A DNA stretch of 64,000 nucleotides. Source: the human T2T-CHM13v2.0 reference genome, Homo sapiens. The notes below the pieces were generated by a model. It saw only the letters and a list, made by a program, of their open reading frames with translations. It searched no databases and was not told where the DNA came from. The stretch is from NCBI RefSeq assembly GCF_009914755.1, contig NC_060943.1; one strand, 5' to 3'. Below are positions 48,388-64,000 of the stretch, piece by piece. Position 1 is the stretch's first letter; every line of letters starts with the position of its first letter. Both the position numbers and the translations under genes were made by a program.

Positions 48388-48539
48388 TGTTTCTTTTCAT
48401 AAACTGTTGCTGGAGCACACAAAGGATGACTTTTATTAATCACAGCTATTTTCCAGGATTATGTATGTGTTTCATTTTTCCCCACCTCTTTTTTTGTCCT
48501 ATACATTTCTTTCATTTGACTTCTTCTGGGTTGTATCTT

Positions 48540-48830
48540 TTATAATAAACTACAGAGTTTGCTGGGTTCTGTGAGTAGCTCTATCAAATTATTGAACTAG
48601 AGGGAGGTTATGGGAATCCCCAAATTTTAAACAGTAGCTCAGAAGCATAGGTGGGCCTATGGGGTTTGTGACTGGCATCTGTAATGAGGGCAGTGTTGTG
48701 GGACTGAACCCTGAATCGGGGTCTGTGCTGACTCTGGGTGGTGTCAGAATTCAAATTTCAGATAATGAGTAGGTGCTGGAGAATTGCTTTGTGTTCAGCA
48801 AACTCTATAGATTTGATACCAGAAAAAAGA
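48540..48830 (+). mobile_element. MER21/MER77-like LTR 3' portion
   Basis: AATAAA, TTCTGTGAGTAGCTCTA.CAAATTATTGAAC, GTGACTGGCATCTG, GTGGGACTGAACCCT and GTGTCAGAATT motifs. Confidence 0.6.
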
Positions 48831-49365
48831 TATCACAGAGGCCTGGCCTCGAATGGAACTCTGGGTGTCTGGGAAGGGGAGGCTCTGCTCTCCTGTACAC
48901 AGGCTGTCACACTGCCCATTGTCTTGTGATTCCAGGTCTCCTCCCAGGGTGACTGTGGACTGAAAACTTAGAGGAAAGGACCTCTGATGACAGACCCCCT
49001 TTTCTTGCAGCTGCCACCACAGGAGTCCCACCCACTCACACACACTAGACATTGACGTGTCCACATCCCTCTCAAGACTAGTCATCATCCTCAGGAATTT
49101 CACCACAGCATTGTGGATCCTAGTATTTCTTGCCAAAATCCCACAAGAGTGTCTACAAGTCTCCTGGCATATCCCAACCCCCAGACACTGAATCTGCAGC
49201 AGCAAACTGTTTTCTCCACCAACCTAGGGTTCTGGACCACCTGTTCATAATCTCATCTGCCTGCACAGGCACAAATAAATCAGAGTACAGCCCCACCGGG
49301 ACCGCTGTCTGTAGCAAAAACCTACAGTCCTTCCACCTACATTGCACTTTACCCCACCCATGAAG

Positions 49366-49595
49366 TTTTTTTCTTTTAACTTTTGATTTTGGTTCAGGGG
49401 TACACGTGCAGGTTTCTTATATAGGTAAAATTGTGTCACGGGGGTTTGGTGTAGATTATTTTCTCACAGAGGTACTAAGCATAGCACCAAACAAATATTT
49501 ATTCAAATTCTCCTTGTCATCTCACCCTCCACCCTTACTAGGCCTCAGTGTCTGTTGTTTCTTTCTTTGTGTACGTGTTCTTATTTAGCTCTTAC
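49366..49595 (-). mobile_element. Old L1 3' end (L1PA15/16-like)
   Basis: GGTTCAGGGGTACACGTGCAGGTTT.TTATATAGGTAAA.TTGTGTCACGGGGGTTTGGTGTA. Confidence 0.75.
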
Positions 49596-49976
<381 letters not shown>

Positions 49977-50331
49977 TATTTCTATTTCTTTAACCTTGCT
50001 AAGAATACATATGTATCTTATAATAAAATTACCCTAGAAAACCTTAAAATATTTCTTTAAATTTCTTAGTATATGTTATAAAATTGAGGGGGCAGTGGCT
50101 TGGCTTAAAAAGATTAAGATTACACAAACTCTGGGATTTAAGTTTCTCTTAGGTAAGCTTAGGAAAAACAGAACTGGAAATACCCTAGTGGCATAGAGAA
50201 CAGAGTTCTACATAGGGTCCTCTCCCTGCCCCAGTTCTGTTTAGATTTAACCTATTTGGAGGCCTTATTTAGGTCTGGCCCCACCCTGGAGTCTTGCCTC
50301 ACACAATTTGTTAGAAGAAATCAAAGTTTTG

Positions 50332-50675
<344 letters not shown>

Positions 50676-51247
50676 CTAGAGTTCATGCTCACAATTTCCT
50701 TAAACCCCAAAACAGATAAATGGTAAAAATAAAGTATGTATTTTAGGGTCTTAATTTTTAAATTTTGTATTAAAGTGAGTGCTTGCAGAAACATTCTATT
50801 TAACAACTTGTTTTCTATTTTTGCAAATCCAGTAGTTGCTCTGCAAGTCACATAAAATTAAATACAAACACAGTAAAAAACTTCTCTAAAATACATTAAA
50901 CTTTCCTTTCTGTATTCCTCTCATCTGTCTATATTTAGCTTTTCTTCTATGCAATTAAAAAAAATCAATGACAGAGAAACAAGAAGAAATGGAAAGGCAG
51001 GGCTCTTTATTTAAATCCTAAGAATTATTAAACACTTAATAACATCTTTCAGGGTGTTATGATGATGAAATCACGTAATGTGTTATGGCCAACACAGTGC
51101 TTTTTAACATCCTTTTGAGTACATAGTTCCTGCTTAATATATCTTGCATTAGTACAGGTGTACATGTTGTTGCCAAATGCAGGCTTATTCAGACATTGCT
51201 GCCTTCTGTTTCCTCTGTAAACTTTAATGAGCCAGCAAAGAATATGA

Positions 51248-51568
<321 letters not shown>

Positions 51569-52092
51569 AGAGATGGGTTGTCTTTATTTGTACCAGAAGT
51601 ATTTGGTTGTGACAAGAGTGCTGAGTGTAAGGGAACCTGTGCTGTGCCTGCTTTCTCTAATGCCAATAATGAGCCCAAGGGAAGCAACATCAGCACTGAC
51701 AGGGTTGTTACCTATTCATGGACTCTTTTCAAACCTGCAGAATCATATTACATAGAATGGAGCCAAAATTACCAAGTGATTTATAAGCTCATTAAAACTT
51801 GAGAGGCAATGCTTAGCTAAGTGGTTATCAGCCCAGGCTTCTCATTAGGATTCCATGGCCAATTTGCAGAAATCTCTTTACTTGTGCCCTTTCCACAGAT
51901 TCTGTTTATTGTTCTAGGGGGAAGCAGTCATGTTGTAGTAATGAAGTGCCTCATGTGACTCTTAAGTTGAGGCCAGAATCAAGTATGAGGTGTTCCAGAT
52001 ACATTCATGAGTTAAGTTCCACCTTTGCACTAAAGGGTGGCCGCAGGACTGTTTCTGTTTGGATTTGGTAGGGACAGAGCAATGTGGCCATA

Positions 52093-52401
<309 letters not shown>

Positions 52402-53402
52402 ATGGCCCATATTTTCATTATTGTAGCAGAAATTGCTGGTGTCTGTGACAGGGGAGGGCACCTGAGAACAGGAAAAGTGAAACATATTTTGATACCCATG
52501 GAGCAGCTCATTGTTCCTGAATCTCTTCCATTATAAAGGACATAAATGAGTGAGCTTTTTCTGCAGGTCTTGATCCTTCTGCCTGTGGGTCTGGTGGTAG
52601 CAGATGAGCAGTTGATGTTGACATCTTTAAAGACATATTCTCAACATGCAGCTGTAATTTGTTCAAAGAATCTCATCTGGAAAGGATTCCCAGAAAAGGA
52701 GGAGAAAGAGGAAAAAAATGGCTTCTTTTTTTAAAGCAAAACATGTCTCAGATCAAGAGCTGTGTCCACTTTGCCTCCTAGAATGCCATGCAAATCATTA
52801 CTTCTCTATTGTATTACCCCTCCCTAAAGAGTTTAACTACTTGTAAAAATTCTTATGATAGTCAAGGGTGTCTGAAAAGTATTTTTTTTCTATATACCAG
52901 AGCCCTTTCTACATTCTTTACATTGTGGCTTTTTATATGCCATGCAGAATTCCTACCACAAATTTATAATCTGCACTATTAAAAATGTTCCCTTTGTGGC
53001 TCTTGAACATGAAAAGGTGTGGATACTCAAGATTTCTATTGGGGGAAAGCTGGAGTCATTTGTAAAGATGGAAAACATGTAATGTTGAGGTTCCATCTGT
53101 ATTCTCCATTACCTCTGTGCAAAACAGGATCAAGGAAATGCTTAGTTAAACAAGATGACATTTATTACCCAGAAAGTTCTAAAAAAAAAATTATCAGGAG
53201 ATACCTGCTCTCTAGGGTGCTAAAGAAAGATGATTTAAAATTACTATTACAAATTATAGACAGGGAAGATATCTGTATCCTGAACTTTGCCTAAAACTGA
53301 TTTTTTAATGTTAAAATTCAGACTATAGTTTGGAGGAGCAGTATCACAGCCGTGATGCTGTGTCATTTCATGTGCATCAACACATCATAAAAATATGTCC
53401 TA

Positions 53403-53735
<333 letters not shown>

Positions 53736-54117
53736 TCACTTGGTTAAAGAGCTCTCTGACAGATTTTGTCACTATAGAGATAATTATTTTTTCTTCATTA
53801 TTATCTTAATGCAGCTAATGTGCATAAACCATCACAGTTAATCCAGCAGCTGCCCTTTTTTCTTAGTTTTTTTTTTTTGCATACATCTGTCTTTGGAAAG
53901 TCAAAGCTCTTATCTTTGTTTACAGGCCAGAAAAATTAGGAAAAACACAGGTTCTTCCCCTTACTGGATGTTTGACAAAATATTCTTCTTGGCCAAAAAC
54001 ATTAACCTTACTGGTGAGCTTGTTAGAAATTCAGACAATCAGACTTTATTCCAGATCATCTGAAAAAATAATCTGCATTAACAAGTTCTCCAGTTTATTG
54101 TACACATTAAAATTTAA

Positions 54118-54717
<600 letters not shown>

Positions 54718-54977
54718 TAAAGTGTGCTTTGCATAAATTAGTTTCAGATCCCTGTTTTCAAGAAAATCTTGGGGATTAATACATGTAGAAAAGAATTTCT
54801 GCAAGATGTTTCATTTTGACCTTAACTTTCCAAATTTCTGAGCTGATCTGTATCCTTCACTGTAGATTACTAAATTCCACAAATTTAATGGCATAAAATT
54901 TTTGCCCACACCTTAAAATGTAATTGCCAACACCAATTTTTGATTCAATAGTACTGGATAGTAAAATTAAGAAACTG

Positions 54978-55289
54978 GGCCAGGCTTGGTGGCTCACGCC
55001 TGTAATCCCAGCACTTCGGGAGGCTGAGGCGGACGGATCACGAGGTCAGGAGATCGAGACCATCCTGGCTAACACGGTGAAACCCCGTCTCTACTAAAAA
55101 TACAAAAAATTAGCTGGGTGTGGTGGCAGGCACCTGTAGTCCTGTAGTCCCAGCTACTAAGGAGGCTGAGGTAGGAGAATGGCATGAACTCAGGAGGCGG
55201 AGCTTGCAGTGAGCTGAGATCACGCCATTGCACTCCAGCCTGGGTGACAGAATGAGAGTGAGACTCCATCTCAAAAAAAAAAAAAAAAA
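54978..55289 (+). mobile_element. AluY with small internal duplications
   Basis: GGCTAACACGGTGAAA diagnostic; CCTGTAGT repeated twice at 55133-55148. Confidence 0.94.
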
Positions 55290-55404
55290 GAACCTACAAA
55301 TCAAAAATATTTTTTAAATATTTGAAAATGTCTGTTATAAATTAGTATTTTGGGATTAATTTACTAGCTAAGCACATTACTAGATTGGTCATTAGAGAAT
55401 ATGA

Positions 55405-55542
<138 letters not shown>

Positions 55543-55989
55543 TGAAAGTGAAAATGAATACAGCAGATGACACATGAGAGGTCCAAAGGCCAAAGAGAAA
55601 GCCAGTCCTTAAAATGTGATTTAGGAAGCTGTGTTCCAAAGAAAATAGTTTCTCAGAAGCCTGAGGTTTCTTTCTTTCTTTTTTGCTCTCACATGGGGGC
55701 ATCTTCTGTCTTATACTTTTAAATTTTCTAAGGATTCTACTTTTCCTTCGGTGATCTTCAAGTTTGCAGTTAGAGCCAAAGTCCTCTTCGTGGCATATAA
55801 GAGACTGCGCAGTCTGGCTGCTTTTTCATTGTTTTGGGGGACACACAAATATCTGCATAATTTTGAAAAAGTCTATGTTAAGCAATATTTTTAATTGTAT
55901 TTTTGCATCATGTTTGAAATATGTGAGTAGTGGTTTCTGTTCCATTGGGGGTTTTTTTGTTTGTTTTTCTGCACATTCCATCCTGTTTG

Positions 55990-56846
55990 TATTACTACAT
56001 TCTTGAAATATAGTTTGAAATTATAAAGTATGATGCCCCTATGCTTTGTTCTTTTACCTCAAGATTGCTTTGGCTATTCAAAGTTTATTATAGTTTCATG
56101 TATGTTTTAGAATTGTATTTTTCATTACTGTAAAAGATGCCACTAGAATTTTTTTTTTTTTTATTTCGCTCTTGTTACCCAGGCTGGAGTGCAATGGTGT
56201 GATCTCGGCTCACCGCAACCTCTGCCTCAGGGTTTCTCAATGTTGGTCAGGCTGTTCTCAAACTCCCAACCTCAGGTGATCCATGTGCCTTGGCCTCCCA
56301 AAGTGCTAGGATTACAGGCGTGAGCCACCATGCCTGGCCACCACTAGAATTTTGATAGGGAGTTTGTTGAATCTATAGGTTACTTTGTATAATATGACAC
56401 TTTAACAATATTTATCCTTTCAATGCATAGACATAAAATATTTTAAAATTTATTTGTGTCTTCTCTAGTTTCTTTCTATGATATCTTATATCTTCCAGTA
56501 TAAAAATGTTTTACCTCTTTTGTTAAATTTGTTCTCAGAAATTTATTATTTTGATGCTATTATAAATAAGATTGTTTTCTTTATCAGATAGTTTGTTTTA
56601 TGTATATGGAACCCTAATTTATACTTGTATGTTAATTTTATACTTTGCTAATTTACTGGGTGTATTTATTAGTTTAGACAGGTTTTAATGTACTATTCAT
56701 GGTTTTCTATATATAAGATTATATGATCTACAACCAGCAACTTTTACTTATTTGTCTTCAATTTCAATGGCTTTAAAACAATTTTTTTACTAATTCTTCT
56801 GCCACATACTTCCAGTGCTATATTAAAATAGAAACATTGACAATGG
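55990..56846 (-). mobile_element. Ancient L1M ORF2 fragment with an internally deleted Alu (56149-56339)
   Basis: Decayed equivalents of the antisense L1 ORF2 at 14320-14960 (ATAGTTTGAAA...TGATGCC...GCTTTGTTCTTT, TTGAATCTATAG); CACTAGAATTTT flanks the Alu. Confidence 0.75.
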
Positions 56847-57426
56847 TATTGGGAATGGGTGCTTGGTGTCACAAAAATCCTTTGAGAGACAAAGGATCTC
56901 TCAGCAAGGCTAGTTTACTTTCTGCAGAAAGAGTACACTCGCCAGCAGTTTTGCCAAGAGAATACACTAAACAAAGGAGGCAGGGTCATTTATAACCTGA
57001 TGGGTCCACCCTACTGCTGTGTCCGGTTTCCATTGGCTACAACAGGACCTCACATTCTGTATTTGTCCCAGTTGGCTAGCAACTTAGAACTTTCTAAAAG
57101 AGGCAAAGGCAGAGGAGAACAAAGGAAGGAGGGAGCAACTTGTGGATGCTGAGAAAGGTAAAAACACCTCCAGATAAGGAATAGGAACAGGCTATGACCT
57201 AATGCTTGCTTGGACCAGTATAAGCATGCCAGGGCAAATATTTAGGCTAAAATGTGGGAGCTAAGAACACAAAGTACATTGATTTCTTTATCACGGCTAG
57301 CAGATATCTAAGAATGTCAGCACAGGTGTTTGAATACATTTTGCTTCTAAGAGAAGTTACTATTTATTCCTAATTACACGAGGAGGAAAGTCCCTTTGAA
57401 AAGGAACCTCTATTTCACATTTTACG
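56847..57426 (-). mobile_element. Solo LTR, LTR10C-like (HERV-I group), ~580 bp
   Basis: Minus strand begins CGTAAAATGTGAAATAGAGGTTCCTTTTCAAAG.GACTTTCCTCC, close to the recalled LTR10C start; imperfect ATGG/ATGA flanks within the L1M. Confidence 0.7.
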
Positions 57427-57501
57427 ATGAGCACAATATAGTTTTGCATTGGTGTATATGAATTTGAATGAGCAAACAGCTCTTCAAGTTTTTGGGGTAT
57501 T

Positions 57502-57819
57502 TTTGTTTGTTTTGTTTTTTGGGTTTTTGTTTTTTGTTTTTGAGACGGAGTCTCACTCTGTCATCAGGCTGGAGTGCAGTGGCACGATCTCGGCTCACTG
57601 CAACCTCCGCCTCCTGCGTTCAAGTATTCCCCTGCCTCAGCCTCCCAAGTAGCTGTGACTAAAGCCGTGCACCACAACGTCTGGCCAATTTTTTGTATTT
57701 TAGTAGAGACGAAGTTTCACCATATTGGCCAGGCGAGTCTCAAACTCCTGACCTCGTGATCCACCCACCTCAGCCTCCCAAAGTGCTTGGATTATAGACA
57801 TGAGCCTCAGCGCCCAGCC
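57502..57819 (-). mobile_element. AluS
   Basis: TSD TCTTCAAGTTTTT. Confidence 0.92.
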
Positions 57820-58524
57820 CTCTTCAAGTTTTTATAAACCAGTTTCAGAAGGTAAAGATCTTCTGTTGGGCCCCCAGGGTGACGGGATGCCCTCTGAGTT
57901 TATAGTGCAGAGGAATTGTAGCTTGATCAGAAGGCTGCTGGGTCTGCACTAGGGTCCGCCTTTAGTTGGTTTGTTATAAGAGGCTTGGGTAGCTGTAACT
58001 CCCATTTTATTTTTGGACAAACTGAATATCCTTCAGGACTTCTATATATAAGGCAGACACTAGGGCAGGTTTCTGCAGTCGAGTCTGCTAATGGCAGGGC
58101 TTATATCAGGATGTGGATGAGTATGGCTTTCACTGAATACCAGAGAGCATTTCTCTGGGACACTGTGTGGGTTTCTGTGTAGGCAGAACTGGCCATAAAC
58201 TGTGGCTTAGGGAGCTGGAACTGAGTCATTAAACTGCTTTGGGGACCACAGTAAAGGCCAAGGTCTGCAGGCCTGTCTGCATGTCTATAAATTGATGTCT
58301 TCCTCCAGGACTCTGGAAGGGCAGGGCCTCTTTCATACTGTGGCTGGGAGGAGTTTGGGATGACCAAGCTGGGTGGGCCATTTCTTTGGTCTATAGTCAA
58401 GAACAGAGTTTCTGTAGATTGCCACCTGAATGAGGGCCTGCCTTCCGAAACGGATACTCCTCAATCTTGGGCTTTAGCAGTTTCACAAGTCCCTCCCTGG
58501 ATCTCAAAGCTCTTAGAGGCACTT

Positions 58525-58946
58525 ATTTTGGAGATGGGGTCTTGCTTCAGAACCCAGACTAGTCTTGTTTTTTTGTTTTTGAGACGGAGTCTCACTCTGT
58601 CACACAGGCTTTAGTGCAGTGGCATGATCTTGGCTCACTCCCATCTCCTCCTGGGTTTAAGTGATTATCGTGCCTCAGCCTCCTAAGTAGCTAAAATTAC
58701 AGGCACACACCACCACACAGGGCTAATTTTTGTATTTTTAATAGAGACATGGTTTTACCATGTTGGATAAGCTGATCTTGAACTTCTGACGTTAACCTTC
58801 CCACCTCAACCTTCCAAAGTGCTGGAATTACAGGCATGAGCCACTGCATTTGTCCTAGGATGCTCTTGAAATCCTGGCCTGAAGCAATTCTCCAACCTCA
58901 GTGTACCATGTAGCTGTCATTATAGGGGTGAGCCATGATGCCTGGC
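58525..58946 (-). mobile_element. AluS (58565-58855) nested in an older Alu monomer/AluJ
   Basis: The outer piece GAGATGGGGTCTTGCT...CCCAG resumes after the inner Alu as CTTGAAATCCTGGCCTGAAGCAATTCTCC. Confidence 0.75.
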
Positions 58947-59336
58947 TCTCTCATAAGGGCATTTTTGTCAGGATTGGCTGAAAAAATTTTCTTGCTGTTG
59001 GGGCATAAGAAAGTAGGGCACCTTTTATTTTTCCATCTTGCTGATGTTACTCTCTATATACATTTTTCTTTCTATTTTCCATTTCAAACTTGTCTGTAAT
59101 TTTAGATTCAGACATTTAGAACAATATGCTAGAATTTACATGTTATGCCTGAAGTAAATTATACAATTAGTAGGCACTCCATATTTACTAAAATAGTTAC
59201 TTATAAATTTAAGTTTGCTGCAGGCAAAACGGAATTATAGGATATTCACCCACTTTCTTCAGCCTAAATCTAAATAATAGCATAATTTATTCCCAAATAT
59301 TTGTTTTATATATCAGAGGCTCTAACCATATTCTGC

Positions 59337-59338
<2 letters not shown>

Positions 59339-59379
<41 letters not shown>

Positions 59380-59396
59380 GTGTGTGTGTGTGTGTA
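59339..59396. repeat. (TG)n/(TA)n microsatellite
   Basis: Direct reading. Confidence 0.9.
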
Positions 59397-59749
59397 TTTT
59401 ATTTAGCAGTTTAAGGCTATTTGCTTCTAAATTTGGATTGCAGCACTTTCATTTTGTGTAAAAATGCATATATTTAAAACAAAATTTATCTCGTTTCTTT
59501 TAAATGATTATAAAAAGTTTCTCATTACAATATTCTATTTATGCTTATACTGTATTTTCTCTGAAATTTTACTGCCATACAGTGCCTGCCAATGATTCAA
59601 AGTACCTGCTTTCCATGAGTACACTGTCAAATATTGTTGTCTAGACACATTCTTTCTTAATGGTACATCAATATTGCAAACCAGAGTTTAGGAGTAAACA
59701 TTTATTACTGTCTTGCAGTTCCATATTAGTGTGTTTTAGTGTAGGCTTG

Positions 59750-60043
59750 TTTTTTGTTTTGTTTTTTGAGACAGTCTTGCTCTGTCACCCAGGCTGGAGT
59801 GCAGTGGCATGATCTCAGCTCACTGCAACCTCTGCCTCCTGGTTCAAGTGATTCTTCTGCCTCAGCCTCCCAAGTAGCTGGGACTACAGGCACACACCAG
59901 CACGGCTGGCTAATTTTTGTATATTTAGTAGAGATGGGGTTTCACCATATTGGCCAGGCTGGTCTCGGACTCCTGACCTAGTGACCCGCCCACCTCAGCC
60001 TCCCAAAGTGCTGAGATTACAGGCCTGAGCCACCACTCCCAGG
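59750..60043 (-). mobile_element. AluS
   Basis: TAGTGTAGG(C/T)TT duplicated at flanks. Confidence 0.93.
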
Positions 60044-60159
60044 TAGTGTAGGTTTCTTAACATCAGTTTATTGTGTTTTTTGCTTTTACTTATGCATTAT
60101 AATTTTAAATAACTTGCAATTCTGTATGTACACGTTAAGTCAATGTGAGGTTTAATTAA

Positions 60160-60488
<329 letters not shown>

Positions 60489-60659
60489 TCTTAGCTGATT
60501 TTCAGTGGTTGTTTCATCTTGTTTAAGTGAGTAGTTATGGAGATACTCTTATTTTTACCATGCGTTTAATAATGAATATCTATTTCCTTTATGTGAAAAA
60601 AAAAAAAACACTTTGTGATATGAAGGTAATTCCTGAAAGGATTTATAATTCTATATTGT

Positions 60660-63699
<3,040 letters not shown>

Positions 63700-64000
63700 T
63701 GATGTGGTTTAGATGTTCGTGTTCTTCAAATCTTATGCTGCAATGTAATCCTCACTGTTGGATGTGGAACCTGGTGGGAGATGTTTAGATCATGGGGCAA
63801 ATTTCTCATGAATGGCTTTGTACTATCCTCTTGGTAATCAAAAAGTTTACACTCTGTTAATTCAGATGAGAGCTGCCTCATTAAAAGAACCTGGCCCCTT
63901 CACCTCACATTTGGTTCTGTCTTTTACTATGTGATATGTCCAGTTACTGTTGGCCTTCCACCATTGTGGAAGCTTACTGAAACCTTCCACCAGAGGCAGA
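63700..64000 (+). mobile_element. MST-family MaLR LTR (runs off window)
   Basis: TGATGTGGTTTAGATG...AAATCTTATG..TGTAATCCTCA.TGTTGGA.GTGG..CCTGGTGGGAG.TGTTT.GATCATGGGGC. Confidence 0.8.

Overview
Primate (almost certainly human, 19p12-type) genomic DNA in three zones. (1) 1-36305: a ~36-kb diverged tandem satellite of a 38-bp monomer (consensus CACAGTGGGAACCTGTTCACTGTCACCCACTCATTCAC, roughly 870 copies by length), running off the left edge. It has nested higher-order duplications (337, 455, 720, 905 bp and ~5.6 kb offsets) and is interrupted by a 5'-truncated antisense L1PA3/4-like element (~12897-15783) and an AluS with a perfect 15-bp TSD (22500-22796). The many His/Ser/Thr-rich plus-strand ORFs here are read-throughs of a stop-free monomer, not genes. 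(2) 36306-43600: a 17-bp Alu stub at the abrupt array edge, a 3' ERV1 remnant (env TM motif plus MER57A-like LTR), a 600-bp purine-pyrimidine microsatellite in an Alu tail, and dense Alu/MIR/MLT/MER33 repeats. (3) 43600-64000: the promoter, ATG exon, KRAB-A exon and KRAB-B exon of a ZNF91-subfamily KRAB zinc-finger gene whose peptide matches my recollection of ZNF85; the zinc-finger exon lies beyond the window. Main observations: the monomer has the geometry of a 23-spacer RAG signal (perfect heptamer, degenerate nonamer) and internal dyad symmetry; intron 1 holds a stop-free 93-nt paralogous exon with a GT>CT donor; the L1 5' junction has a fold-back structure and no TSD; and the array boundary looks like a microhomology-mediated deletion. 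Repeat family names come from recalled consensus sequences, not from database searches.
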